Shown: positions 26,646 to 36,402, numbered from the stretch's first letter. The stretch is DNA of 64,000 nucleotides from an uncultured bacterium (GCA_964607485.1 CAZSKP010000006.1:43344-107343), one strand, 5' to 3'. The notes: a model not told the origin generated them from the sequence alone. Translations and numbers: made by a program.

Positions 26646-28196
26646 TTGATTGAGGATATCAATGTAAAAAGACTGCTCGCTGAATCGGACAATCTTCCCA
26701 CAATGCCGGCAGTAGCCAGCCAGCTCTTGGTAATCACAGAGTGGGAGAATGTGGACTTGGGCAAGGTGGCGGAGACGATAAGCAAGGATGTCTCGCTCAC
26801 CTCCAAGATCCTGCGCGTAGTCAACTCGCCCTTCTACGGGCTGGGGCAGGAAATAAGCACCATATCGCAGGCGCTGGTAGTGCTCGGGGCACGGGCCACG
26901 CGGTCGCTTACTCTCAGCTTTTCCATATTGACGATGTGCAAGGGCGACGGGACGTCTCGGTTTGATTATCCCGGCTTCTGGACACGGTCGCTCAACACGG
27001 CGGCCGTTGCGCGCGAACTTGCGTTCGCTGTGGGGCTTCGGACAGAGGAAGAGGCCTTCCTCGCAGGGCTGTTACAGAACATGGGCGTCATGGTGGTCGC
27101 CCGATGTGTTCCACAATTGTATGCTCGCGTCGTCGGGGAAGCCGGAGACAAACTCGCGCCTTCGCTTGAGGCGGAGAGAGAGCACCTGGGCATCGACCAC
27201 GTCGAGGTGGCCAAATTGCTTTTCGAGAAATGGAATCTGCCGGCCTCGCTGTGCATACCGATCTTCTACCACCACACCCCGGAGAAAGCGAATAACGCCG
27301 AGGGCCAGACGCTTACCTCGATTCGCATCCAATATTTTGCGGGACGCGTCGGAGAGTGGCTGTATAGCCACGACGGCGACGACGCATTGCTGCAAGAACT
27401 TAAGAAAGAAGCGTCACAGTATTTCGATATTTCTCCAAACGAATTCGAAGCGCTCATGTACCGGGTTGACACCAAGATGGAGGAGATGTCTGAGCTTTTT
27501 GAATTGAGCAAATCAAGGCCCAATACCTATGCGAATCTTCTGGAACAGGCGAATCTTAAGCTCGGCGATATCGTCAGCAAACAGGAACGCCTTCTCAGGG
27601 AGCTCGAAGCGGCCAAGGTCGAGGCGCAGACGCTCGCCGAACAGCTCCGCATAGCGAACAATAAGCTGCTTGAGGAAGCGCGGAGAGACCCGCTCACCGA
27701 CCTGCCCAACCGGCGACTGTTTGAAGAGTTCCTCCGGAAAGAACTGGAGCGTTCGATACGATACCATCATCCTATTGCGTTGTTGTTCATCGATATCGAC
27801 GACTTCAAGTCGTTGAACGACCGGTACGGGCACCTGGAGGGAGATTCGGCGCTGAGGCAGGTGGCACACGTTCTGGGGAAAGGAGTTCGCGTGAGCGACA
27901 TCGTGGCCCGCTACGGCGGGGAAGAGTTTATCGTGGCGCTTGTGGAAACCAGGAGCACCGAAGCGATGGCGGTCGCCGAACGGCTCAGGCGCTCCATCGA
28001 GGAGACGCCGATTCATTCCAGTGAAGGTGACACGCCCATACGCCTGACCGCGAGCATAGGCGCAACGACGTGGGAACCCCCCAGCCAGCCCGTGAGCATA
28101 GACGAGCTCATAGAAGAGGCCGACCGCGCCATGTATCGGGCCAAGAAAGCGGGAAAAAATTGCGTTGTAACTGAAAATGAGCAGGTCCCGCAGTAG
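26646..28196 (+). CDS. HDOD-GGDEF diguanylate cyclase
   Basis: TTG start after AAGGAG. HDOD motifs (LPTMPAVA, KILRVVNSPFYG, AFLAGLLQNMG, WNLP), coiled coil, DPLTDLPNRR, I-site RVSD, active site GGEEF. Confidence 0.93.
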   Translation: MIEDINVKRLLAESDNLPTMPAVASQLLVITEWENVDLGKVAETISKDVSLTSKILRVVNSPFYGLGQEISTISQALVVLGARATRSLTLSFSILTMCKGDGTSRFDYPGFWTRSLNTAAVARELAFAVGLRTEEEAFLAGLLQNMGVMVVARCVPQLYARVVGEAGDKLAPSLEAEREHLGIDHVEVAKLLFEKWNLPASLCIPIFYHHTPEKANNAEGQTLTSIRIQYFAGRVGEWLYSHDGDDALLQELKKEASQYFDISPNEFEALMYRVDTKMEEMSELFELSKSRPNTYANLLEQANLKLGDIVSKQERLLRELEAAKVEAQTLAEQLRIANNKLLEEARRDPLTDLPNRRLFEEFLRKELERSIRYHHPIALLFIDIDDFKSLNDRYGHLEGDSALRQVAHVLGKGVRVSDIVARYGGEEFIVALVETRSTEAMAVAERLRRSIEETPIHSSEGDTPIRLTASIGATTWEPPSQPVSIDELIEEADRAMYRAKKAGKNCVVTENEQVPQ

Positions 28197-28348
28197 CGGC
28201 CCAGAGCAGCCGCAGTCCATCCCAACCCCGGGATCCACCGGCAAAAGCGAGAATCCCATCCCTCATACCCGCCTCGCCCCTCTTTTTCCGCAATGAAGGA
28301 AAACCAAGAAAAGAACGGCCTATTGCCCAAAAAAACAAGTACCTATTT

Positions 28349-28453
28349 GTCATTCTGATCGAAGCGAAGAATCTCTGTTTTGAGATGAACATTTCCAGAA
28401 AAGCGAGAGATTCTTCGTCGCCCGGGTCTGCGACCCTTCGCTCCTCAGAATGA
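28349..28453. repeat. GTCAT...ATGA palindromic element, variant with a branched right arm
   Basis: GTCATTCTGATCGAAGCGAAGAATCTCT ... AGAGATTCTTCGTCG(insert)CTCCTCAGAATGA. Confidence 0.8.
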
Positions 28454-28532
28454 GAGTTCTGATAGACTTAGGAAACAAGAACCTGTTTGCGCAACACGCC
28501 GAAAAAAGGAGATTTTTCCGTCGATTTAGGGC

Positions 28533-28592
28533 TTGACAGCCGGCCGGTTTGGTGGTATAATGACACTGCGACGATATTATGACATAGTGTCA
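28533..28592 (+). promoter_or_regulatory. Consensus sigma70 promoter and TetR operator for the tetR-GRE operon
   Basis: TTGACA 28533-38, 17 bp, TATAAT 28556-61. Inverted repeat TGACACT...AGTGTCA (28561-28592) includes TGACA-TAG-TGTCA. Confidence 0.82.
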
Positions 28593-28605
28593 GAGGAGGC
28601 TCTGC

Positions 28606-29229
28606 ATGGCCAGACGGCATAGGATTGAACAAGAGAGGCAGGCGAGGATGGACCTCATCCTCGATAGCGCCGAGAAACTCTTCATAGAAAAGGGTTACAA
28701 CGATACTTCCATGAACGACATCGGCGAACGTGCCGATTTCAGCCGTACGTCGGTCTATCAATATTTCAGCAGCAAGGAGGAAATATACCTCTGCATCCTC
28801 GAGCAGTACAACGAATTGCTCACCGACCGTGTCGCCGAGGCCACCGCCAACGCGCTCACCACGCCTGATAAGATCAGGGCCTTTCTCGAAGAGATACGGA
28901 AGATGATAAAGGAGAAGCCGAATTTCTTCGGGCTGTATTTCATCCAGAGGCACCAGGTGGAACCGCGATTGTCTGAGGAACTCAGGGCACGGCTCAATAC
29001 AGAGCGGAGAAGGCTTGAGAACGTTTTCCGCGATTTCTATCGGGAGGGAGTCGAGAGGGGCGAGGTCCGCAACATAGGCGTCAAGGATGCCTCGAACCTC
29101 TTTTTTGCGCAGATCATGGGCATGATGTTGCTGCACGAGTACTACGGGAAAGAGTTCGATGTGACGCTCGACGAACACCTTGATAAGTCGCTTCAACTGT
29201 ATCTTGAGTTCGTCGAGAAGGTGGATTAA
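28606..29229 (+). CDS. TetR-family regulator
   Basis: ILDSAEKLFIEKGYNDTSMNDIGERADFSRTSVYQYFSSKEEI; SD GGAGG. Confidence 0.93.
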   Translation: MARRHRIEQERQARMDLILDSAEKLFIEKGYNDTSMNDIGERADFSRTSVYQYFSSKEEIYLCILEQYNELLTDRVAEATANALTTPDKIRAFLEEIRKMIKEKPNFFGLYFIQRHQVEPRLSEELRARLNTERRRLENVFRDFYREGVERGEVRNIGVKDASNLFFAQIMGMMLLHEYYGKEFDVTLDEHLDKSLQLYLEFVEKVD

Positions 29230-29254
29230 CCGGGCAGAGGGGGAGGTAATTGTC

Positions 29255-31723
29255 ATGGAACAGGCTGTTGCAGAGATACTATCGCCGCAAGAGGAGAGAA
29301 TAGAGCGAGGGGAGCCCATCGGGCTTGTCGGCGAGGACGCCCAGAGGAAACGAGCCAGAATCCACAAGATGCTGGAAGGTTTCAGGGACAAGCCGATAAG
29401 AATGAACCTGGAGAGGGCGCGCCTTCTTACGCAGTCATTCAAAGAAACCGAGGGCCAGCCGGTGGTGTTGAGGTGGGGCAAGGCCATGGCCCACATATTG
29501 CGCAACTTCCCCATTCATATCGACGAGGATGAATTGATCGTGGGCAGCGCCGGACCTCCCGGACGCTATGCCGTCTTCTTCCCGGAACTGGAGGAAAAGT
29601 TCTTCTCGCAGGAAGTCCGTCCGAGCGAACCGGACGAGCCGCTAGCGCTGACGGAGGAAGACGTACGAATTATCAACGAGGAGCTCAGACCTTATTGGGA
29701 AGGCAAGCAGTATCACACGGCGTACGTGAACGCCCTGCCCGAGGATACCCGCCGCCTGCTGGAACTGTATTGCATCGTCACCCCCACCGCGACGGCCCGC
29801 ACAAGCCTGGCATGGAACCACGACTATGAGAAGGTGCTCAAGCGAGGCCTCAGGGGATTCAAACAGGAGGCCGAGGAGAAGCTGGCCTCGCTCGACCCGC
29901 TGAATCCGAAGGACAAGCTGGAGAAAGAACCCTTCCTGAAGGCCGTGATACTTGTCTGCGACGCTATTGTCGAGTTCGCCAAGAGATACGCCGAGCTCGC
30001 GAGAAGCATGGCCAAAGATGAAGCGGACGAGGAAAGAAAGCGGGAGCTTCTGAACATCGCCGAGGTCTGCGAATGGGTTCCCGAAAATCCGGCCAGGACG
30101 TTTCACGAGGCCGTTCAGTCGCAATGGTTGATTCAGACCGTGTCCCGGCTCGAACAGCGCATCGGCGGAACGGTCGGCAACGGAAGGATCGACCAGTACT
30201 TCTATCCTTATTATAAGAAAGATATCGAGGAAGGTCGGATTACGAAGGACAAAGCGCTCGAGCTTATAGAATGCCTGTGGATCGGCATGGCAAAGAACGT
30301 CGAGATATACACGGCGCCGGGCAGCCTGTCCTTCACCGATGGGTACGCCCATTGGGAAGCGACCACGATAGGCGGCGTGACAAAAGAAGGAGAGGACGCG
30401 ACCAACGAGCTGTCCTACCTGATGCTCGAATCGAAGCGCGAATTCCCCCTCAACTATCCCGACCTCGCCGCGCGGATACACGCGCAGACACCCGAACCGT
30501 TCCTCCACGCAATCGCCGAGACGATAAAGGAAGGTACCGGCTTCCCCAAGCTTTTCTTCGACGAAGAGATCATTCCTCTTTTTCTCGCCAAAGGCGGGCA
30601 GGTGGAGGAGGCGAACGACTATTGCATATGCGGCTGCACCGAGGCGAAGATGCTGAACCGTGACGCGGTCTCGACCGGATGCGCCTGGACCAACCTGGGC
30701 GCCGTCGTCGAGATGACGCTCAATGACGGCAAGCTGAAACTGTTCGGCGAGCAGCAGATAGGCGTCAGCACCGGCGACGCGAGAAAGTTCGCCTCGTACG
30801 ACGACCTTTGGAACGCCTTCTGCCGCCAGGGCGAGAACGTCATGAAGCATACGTTCGTCCAGCAGTACGTCGCCGATACGCTCAAGTCGCGCTTCATCGC
30901 GGCGCCGATGTCGTCGATGCTCCACGACCTCTGCATGAAAGAGTGCAAGGACATGCATTCGGGTCCAATCGACGGGGCTCTCTACCTCGGGTTCATCGAC
31001 ACGCTCGGCTTTGCCACCGCGATAGATTCGCTGGCCGCCATAAAGAAACTCGTGTTCGACGACAAGAAGCTGACGATGGCCGAGCTGCTGGACGCGGTGG
31101 ACGCCAACTTCGACGGGAAAGAGGCCATAAGGCAGATGTGCCTGAACGCCCCCAAGTACGGCAACAACGACCCATACGCCGATTCGATAGGCCGCGACAT
31201 CGAGGAGTTCTTCGTCAAGCTGACCCGCAGGTACAAGTCGGCGTTCGGCGGGGAACTGGACATACGATACGTCACCATCACGGCGCATGTGCCGTTCGGA
31301 GCCGTGCTGGGCGCGACGCCCGACGGAAGGAAGGCGGGCGAGCCCATAGCCGAGGGTGTCAGCCCCTCTCAAGGCGCCGACAGGAAGGGGCCGACCGCGA
31401 GCCTCGCCTCCATCGCGAAGACCAAGGCGGCGGGCTACAAGGAGCGCGCGGCAAGGCTGCTGAACATGAAGCTGTCGCCGTCGGCGGTGGCGGGTAAAGA
31501 TGGCAGCAAGAAACTAATGTCGCTCATGAGGACCGCGTGCGACCTGAAAATGTGGCACCTGCAGTTCAACATCATCAACAGGGACACGCTCATCGCCGCG
31601 CAGAAAGACCCCGAAAAATATCGGGACCTGCTCGTCCGTGTCGCCGGCTACAGCGCGTACTTCGTGGACCTGACGCCGCAGCTTCAGGACGAGATAATAA
31701 AGAGAACGGAACACAGCTTTTAG
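29255..31723 (+). CDS. Glycyl radical enzyme, IslA/HpsG (C-S lyase)-like clade, substrate unknown
   Basis: Gly loop LLVRVAGYSAYF (Gly798), Cys loop YCICGCTEAKM (Cys461, Glu463). Blocks GYAHWEA, SKREFPLNYPDLAARIH and ERAARLLN match IslA as recalled. Confidence 0.92.
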   Translation: MEQAVAEILSPQEERIERGEPIGLVGEDAQRKRARIHKMLEGFRDKPIRMNLERARLLTQSFKETEGQPVVLRWGKAMAHILRNFPIHIDEDELIVGSAGPPGRYAVFFPELEEKFFSQEVRPSEPDEPLALTEEDVRIINEELRPYWEGKQYHTAYVNALPEDTRRLLELYCIVTPTATARTSLAWNHDYEKVLKRGLRGFKQEAEEKLASLDPLNPKDKLEKEPFLKAVILVCDAIVEFAKRYAELARSMAKDEADEERKRELLNIAEVCEWVPENPARTFHEAVQSQWLIQTVSRLEQRIGGTVGNGRIDQYFYPYYKKDIEEGRITKDKALELIECLWIGMAKNVEIYTAPGSLSFTDGYAHWEATTIGGVTKEGEDATNELSYLMLESKREFPLNYPDLAARIHAQTPEPFLHAIAETIKEGTGFPKLFFDEEIIPLFLAKGGQVEEANDYCICGCTEAKMLNRDAVSTGCAWTNLGAVVEMTLNDGKLKLFGEQQIGVSTGDARKFASYDDLWNAFCRQGENVMKHTFVQQYVADTLKSRFIAAPMSSMLHDLCMKECKDMHSGPIDGALYLGFIDTLGFATAIDSLAAIKKLVFDDKKLTMAELLDAVDANFDGKEAIRQMCLNAPKYGNNDPYADSIGRDIEEFFVKLTRRYKSAFGGELDIRYVTITAHVPFGAVLGATPDGRKAGEPIAEGVSPSQGADRKGPTASLASIAKTKAAGYKERAARLLNMKLSPSAVAGKDGSKKLMSLMRTACDLKMWHLQFNIINRDTLIAAQKDPEKYRDLLVRVAGYSAYFVDLTPQLQDEIIKRTEHSF

Positions 31724-31747
31724 GTATTACTCGGAGCAGTTATTAGT

Positions 31748-31829
31748 GTCATTCTGAGCGTAGCGAAGAATGTCAGAGATTACGTCAGGTGCGGAGAAAG
31801 ACGAGATCCTTCACTTCGTTCAGGATGAC
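31748..31829. repeat. GTCAT...ATGAC palindromic element
   Basis: GTCATTCTGAGCGTAGCGAAGAATGTC ... GAGATCCTTCACTTCGTTCAGGATGAC; arms near-identical to the 17454 copy. Confidence 0.9.
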
Positions 31830-31882
31830 GAAAGTGGGCAGGGCTGCCAATAGTAAGGCAGTTCACTGAGGGCATTGAGGAG

Positions 31883-31906
31883 GTGGGGGCGCACGGCGGT
31901 GCGCCC
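31883..31906 (+). repeat. GTAG-type REP-like hairpin
   Basis: GTGG-GGGCGCAC-GGCG-GTGCGCCC, with an 8-bp perfect stem. Confidence 0.5.
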
Positions 31907-31920
31907 TCGCCGCAATCCGC

Positions 31921-32868
31921 ATGAAACACAGAGCCGAAAACTCCAGCCGTCGAGATGGCGAGCTTGGACTCGTCTTCAACATACAGAAATTTTCCCTCCA
32001 CGACGGCTCCGGGATAAGGACACTGGTCTTTCTCAAAGGGTGTCCGTTGACGTGCAAGTGGTGCTCCAACCCCGAAGGGCAGTCCTATTCACCCGAGCTG
32101 GCATACAACGTGAACAAATGCATCGGAATGAATGAGTGTGACAGGTGCATGCGGGTTTGCAAACCGGGGGCGGTTCGAGAGGGCAGCGACGGAAAGGTGG
32201 AGATCGACAGAGAGCTGTGCGATAACTGCGGCAGTTGCGTCGATGTGTGTCCCTCCAAAGCCCTGGAGCTCTTCGGCAGGCACATGAGCGTGGACGATGT
32301 CATCAAGGTTGTCGAGGAGGACAGCGGCTTTTATGCGAGGTCCGGCGGCGGATTGACCCTCAGTGGCGGAGAGCCGTTGTCGCAGGCCAAGTTTGTCGGC
32401 CGGCTGCTCGAGGCGGCCCGCAGCCGGGGCATCGACACGGCGCTGGAGACCTCGGGATATTGTGACTGGGAAGACTTGAGATACGCGTGCAGTCTTGCAA
32501 ATCAAGTCTTCTTCGACATCAAATCAATGGATCCCAAAAAGCACAAAGATGCCGTCGGCGTCGAAAACGGGTTGATACTGGACAACTTTCGAAGGCTGTG
32601 CGAAAGCCTTCCGGATATTCCCATAATCGTACGGACGCCTATCATCCCGGGATTCAACGATTCGCCGAACGACATCAGGCTCATAGCAGACCTTATCGGC
32701 GCAATGCCGGGCTCACCCAAGCATGAGCTTCTCTCATACCACGGATTCGGCGAGCCCAAGTATCGACAATTGGGCAAGCAGTATCCACTGCAAGGTCTCA
32801 AGCCGCCGCCCGAAGAGCGCATGGCAGTCCTGAGGAGAGTGTTACGCTCGAGCGAATCTCCCGTGTGA
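31921..32868 (+). CDS. Glycyl radical enzyme activase (radical SAM) with 2x[4Fe-4S] ferredoxin insert
   Basis: IQKFSLHDGSGIRTLVFLKGCPLTCKWCSNPE, CIGMNECDRCMRVC and CDNCGSCVDVCP, GGLTLSGGEP. Confidence 0.95.
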   Translation: MKHRAENSSRRDGELGLVFNIQKFSLHDGSGIRTLVFLKGCPLTCKWCSNPEGQSYSPELAYNVNKCIGMNECDRCMRVCKPGAVREGSDGKVEIDRELCDNCGSCVDVCPSKALELFGRHMSVDDVIKVVEEDSGFYARSGGGLTLSGGEPLSQAKFVGRLLEAARSRGIDTALETSGYCDWEDLRYACSLANQVFFDIKSMDPKKHKDAVGVENGLILDNFRRLCESLPDIPIIVRTPIIPGFNDSPNDIRLIADLIGAMPGSPKHELLSYHGFGEPKYRQLGKQYPLQGLKPPPEERMAVLRRVLRSSESPV

Positions 32869-32906
32869 ATCCATCGGGGCCGGAGGCAACTTTCTCTCTG
32901 TGGCGC

Positions 32907-32935
32907 TTGACTTTAGGACAAGAATTTGTTATCTT
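32907..32935 (+). promoter_or_regulatory. sigma70 promoter of the tRNA-tig operon
   Basis: TTGACT, 17 bp, TATCTT with extended -10 TG. Confidence 0.65.
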
Positions 32936-32971
32936 TTTGTTACCGGGCGGAAGGGCCCGATTCTTTTGATT

Positions 32972-33044
32972 GGGCCGTTAGCTCAACTGGTAGAGCAAGT
33001 GACTCTTAATCACTAGGTTCGGGGTTCGAGTCCCTGACGGCTCA
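32972..33044 (+). tRNA. tRNA-Lys(CTT), CCA not encoded
   Basis: Acceptor GGGCCGT/ACGGCTC, D arm GCTC/GAGC, anticodon arm AGTGA-CTCTTAA-TCACT, T loop TTCGAGT. Confidence 0.95.
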
Positions 33045-33049
33045 CACGG

Positions 33050-33132
33050 GGGCGGGTGGCGGAATCTGGCAGACGCGCATGACTTAGGATCATGTACCAT
33101 GTGGTGTGCGGGTTCAAATCCCGCCCCGCCCA
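33050..33132 (+). tRNA. tRNA-Leu(TAG), CCA not encoded
   Basis: Acceptor GGGCGGG/CCCGCCC, anticodon arm CATGA-CTTAGGA-TCATG, long variable arm, T arm GCGGG-TTCAAAT-CCCGC. Confidence 0.95.
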
Positions 33133-33177
33133 CCGCCTCGCCTCACCGGGCATCACATTCCTACAGGGGGAATTCAC

Positions 33178-34518
33178 GTGAAAGTCAGTGTGGAAAAACC
33201 GTCAAGCTACCAGAGGGTCCTGACGATTGAGGTCCCTTCTGAGACGGTTGACGCAGAAATTGAGAACATCTATTCCAGAATTGATAAGACGGCCACCCAT
33301 CCAGGCTTCCGAAAGGGAAAAGTCCCTCGAAAGATAATCGAGAAAAAGTTTGGTAAATCGGTCCGCCTGGAGGCGGTCGAGTCCACTGTCTCTTCTTCTC
33401 TCAAAAAAGCGCTGGAAGAGCAGAAGCTTACTCCTCTGACCGACCCCGATTTCGACGACGTCAAGTTCGAAGACGAGGGACCGCTTTCGTTCAAGGCGAC
33501 GATAGAGATCGAGCCGACGGTCGAGCTGGGCGACTACAAGGAACTCGAGCTGAAATGCCCGAAGGCCGAGGTTACCGACGAAGATGTCGCAAGGGTTCTC
33601 GAAAGGCTGCGTCTAAACAATGCCAAGTACACTCCGGCGGAACGATCCGTTGAGAAAGGCGATATTGTCATAATCGATTTCGAGGGCTTCAAGGACGGCA
33701 AACCCGTGAAGGGCGTGAAGGCCGAAAACTTCCCATTGGAGGTGGGCTCCAACGTCTTCGGGGAGGATTTCGAGAATGAGCTCGTGGGAGCGGGCAAGGA
33801 TAATAAGAAGCAGATCACTGTCGCGTATCCCGAGGATTTTCGCACGAAGGAGCTGGCCGGCAAGGAGATAACGTTCGCGGTGACGGTGAAGGATGTCAAG
33901 GTGAGGCAGCTCCCCGACTTGGACGACGACTTTGCGAAGGACCTCGGCGAATACGATACACTCGATAAGCTGAAGCAGCACGTGCGCGAGAACCTCGAAA
34001 AGGACTTACGGAAGCGCATCGACCATTTTGTGCGTGAGCAGGCCCTGATGAAAGTTGTGACCGATTCGAAGGCGGAGATACCGCCCAAATTGAGGTCGAA
34101 AGTGGCCGCCTCCATATTCGAGGAAGAAGTAAAAAAACTGGCGTACCGTGGCGCCGACCGCGAGGCCCTGACCGCAGAACGTGACAAGATAGCGGAGTTC
34201 GCCGAAGCCGAGGCCGCGCGCCAGTTGAAGGTGACCTTTGTGACCGACGCAATAGCCCGGCAGGAGAACCTGGACGTCTCCGATGAGGAGCTGAATCAAA
34301 GCCTGGAGGAGACCATCAAGGAGTCGGAGCAGACCGACCCCCGTGTAAGGAGCTATTTGAACAGTGAGCGCGTGCGCGAACGCTACCGGGAGCAGCTACG
34401 GGTCGGGAAGATATTGGATTTTATCGTGAGCAGTGCTAAAATAGAAGAGGTCGATCAGGCGGCGGGCGGAGCTGCGTCCGCGCCGACCCCTGGCGGAGAA
34501 GAAGAAGGAGAAAGTTAG
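33178..34518 (+). CDS. tig: Trigger factor
   Basis: GTG start; PGFRKGKVP ribosome-binding motif; FKBP-like middle domain; precedes clpP. Confidence 0.96.
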   Translation: MKVSVEKPSSYQRVLTIEVPSETVDAEIENIYSRIDKTATHPGFRKGKVPRKIIEKKFGKSVRLEAVESTVSSSLKKALEEQKLTPLTDPDFDDVKFEDEGPLSFKATIEIEPTVELGDYKELELKCPKAEVTDEDVARVLERLRLNNAKYTPAERSVEKGDIVIIDFEGFKDGKPVKGVKAENFPLEVGSNVFGEDFENELVGAGKDNKKQITVAYPEDFRTKELAGKEITFAVTVKDVKVRQLPDLDDDFAKDLGEYDTLDKLKQHVRENLEKDLRKRIDHFVREQALMKVVTDSKAEIPPKLRSKVAASIFEEEVKKLAYRGADREALTAERDKIAEFAEAEAARQLKVTFVTDAIARQENLDVSDEELNQSLEETIKESEQTDPRVRSYLNSERVRERYREQLRVGKILDFIVSSAKIEEVDQAAGGAASAPTPGGEEEGES

Positions 34519-34521
34519 AAA

Positions 34522-35118
34522 ATGCCCCTCATCATACCAAGGATTGTCGAACAGGACGCACGAGGCGAAAAGGGCTGGGACATAATCTCTCGCCTGCTCA
34601 AAGACCGCATCATCTTCATCGGCGAGGCGATCGACGAGTGGGTGTCTCAGTTGATAATAGCCCAGCTCCTGTATCTCGAGGCGGAGGACCCTGAGAAAGA
34701 CATATACGTTTACATCAACAGCCCCGGCGGCTACGTCACGGCGGGCCTGGCGATATACGACACGATGCAATACATACGCGCGAACATTTCAACGATCTGC
34801 ATCGGCCAGGCGGCGAGTCTGGGCGCGCTGTTGCTGTGCGCCGGCACCAAGGGCAAACGGTTCGCGCTTCCTTATGCGCGAATTCTCATACATCAGCCGC
34901 TCGGCGGAGCCCACGGTCAGGCGACCGACATCGAGATTCAGGCCAAGGAGATTCTGAAGGTCAGAGAGATCATCAACGAGATTCTCGTCAGACACACGGG
35001 CCAATCGCCGGAGAAGATTCGGCAGGATACGGAGCGGGACTATTACATGTCCGCCGAGGAAGCCAGGGCATACGGCATCGTCGATGAGGTGCTCGTCAAG
35101 AACATCGATACTAAATAG
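34522..35118 (+). CDS. clpP: ATP-dependent Clp protease proteolytic subunit
   Basis: [24 protein letters not shown] (Ser), IHQP (His), ERD (Asp). Confidence 0.97.
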   Translation: MPLIIPRIVEQDARGEKGWDIISRLLKDRIIFIGEAIDEWVSQLIIAQLLYLEAEDPEKDIYVYINSPGGYVTAGLAIYDTMQYIRANISTICIGQAASLGALLLCAGTKGKRFALPYARILIHQPLGGAHGQATDIEIQAKEILKVREIINEILVRHTGQSPEKIRQDTERDYYMSAEEARAYGIVDEVLVKNIDTK

Positions 35119-35132
35119 GCGGGGGATGTCAG

Positions 35133-36380
35133 ATGGTGTTTAATTACGGCGAGGGCAGCGACGTGCCCACCTGTTCGTTCTGCGGGAAGAGACAGGACGA
35201 GGTGAAGAAGCTGATCGCAGGCCCCATGGTGTACATCTGCGACGAGTGCGTGGAACTGTGCGGGGAAATGCTTGAGGGCGAGGCCCGCGTCGCTCCCGCC
35301 GCGCAGCGTCCGAAAGTTCCAAAGCCGAAGGAAATCAAGAAGATTCTCGACGAATATGTCATCGGCCAGGAACGCGCGAAAAAAATCCTCTCCGTCGCGG
35401 TTCACAATCATTATAAGCGGATTGAGTTCGACCTAGACGACGACGTCGAACTGCAGAAGAGCAACGTTCTTCTGGTCGGACCCACGGGGTCGGGCAAGAC
35501 ACTGCTCGCGCAGACTCTGGCCCGTATTCTCGACGTGCCGTTCGCCATCGCCGATGCAACCACGCTCACCGAGGCGGGGTACGTGGGCGAGGATGTGGAG
35601 AACATCATCCTGAAACTTCTCCAGAACGCCGACTACGACCCCGAACAGGCCGAGGTGGGAATCGTCTACGTCGATGAAATAGACAAGATAGCCCGGAAGA
35701 ACGAGAACGTGTCCATCACCCGCGATGTCTCCGGCGAAGGAGTGCAGCAGGCGCTTCTGAAGATACTCGAAGGCACGATAGCGAACGTGCCCCCACAGGG
35801 CGGGCGCAAGCATCCTCAGCAGGAATACATTCAGGTGGATACCACCAACGTTCTCTTCATCTGCGGCGGCGCGTTCGTCGGCGTTGAAAAGATGATCGAG
35901 TCGCGGCTGGGCAAGAACGCCATCGGCTTCGGCGCCGAGCCCCGGCCGCGCCAGAAGGGGCGGGTGGGCGAAATCCTGAAGCACATTCAGCCCGAGGATT
36001 TGCTGAAGTACGGAATGATACCGGAATTCGTCGGCCGTATTCCGGTCATTGCCACGTTCGATGAACTTTGCGAAGACGACCTGATTCGCATCCTGCAAGA
36101 GCCGAAGAACGCGCTTGTGAAACAATACGAAAAATTTTTCGGGATCGAAAACGTCAAGCTGACTTTCACCGATGACGCATTGGTCGAAATCGCGCGCCAG
36201 GCCATCGCGCGCAAGAGCGGCGCCCGGGGCCTCCGCGCCATCATGGAGGAGGTCATGCTCGACATAATGTATGAGACTCCTTCAAAGAGCGATGTTCGAG
36301 AATGCATCATCACCGCCGCGGTTGTACGAAAACAGGAAGAGCCCAGGCTCGTGCACGTGAGCCGAAAGCGCTCGGCCTGA
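35133..36380 (+). CDS. clpX: ATP-dependent Clp protease ATP-binding subunit
   Basis: CSFC...CDEC zinc domain, [25 protein letters not shown] loop. Confidence 0.97.
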   Translation: MVFNYGEGSDVPTCSFCGKRQDEVKKLIAGPMVYICDECVELCGEMLEGEARVAPAAQRPKVPKPKEIKKILDEYVIGQERAKKILSVAVHNHYKRIEFDLDDDVELQKSNVLLVGPTGSGKTLLAQTLARILDVPFAIADATTLTEAGYVGEDVENIILKLLQNADYDPEQAEVGIVYVDEIDKIARKNENVSITRDVSGEGVQQALLKILEGTIANVPPQGGRKHPQQEYIQVDTTNVLFICGGAFVGVEKMIESRLGKNAIGFGAEPRPRQKGRVGEILKHIQPEDLLKYGMIPEFVGRIPVIATFDELCEDDLIRILQEPKNALVKQYEKFFGIENVKLTFTDDALVEIARQAIARKSGARGLRAIMEEVMLDIMYETPSKSDVRECIITAAVVRKQEEPRLVHVSRKRSA

Positions 36381-36402
36381 GCAGGCATGTGAGTTAATAT
36401 TG

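Noticed and set aside
29255-31723. Calling the GRE pflB, cutC or islA
   Set aside because: It lacks the adjacent Cys-Cys pair of PFL and the GCVEP motif of CutC, and several IslA pocket residues differ.
32972-33132. tRNA-anchored genomic island
   Set aside because: The tRNAs are followed directly by tig-clpP-clpX; no integrase or repeated tRNA 3' end was seen.
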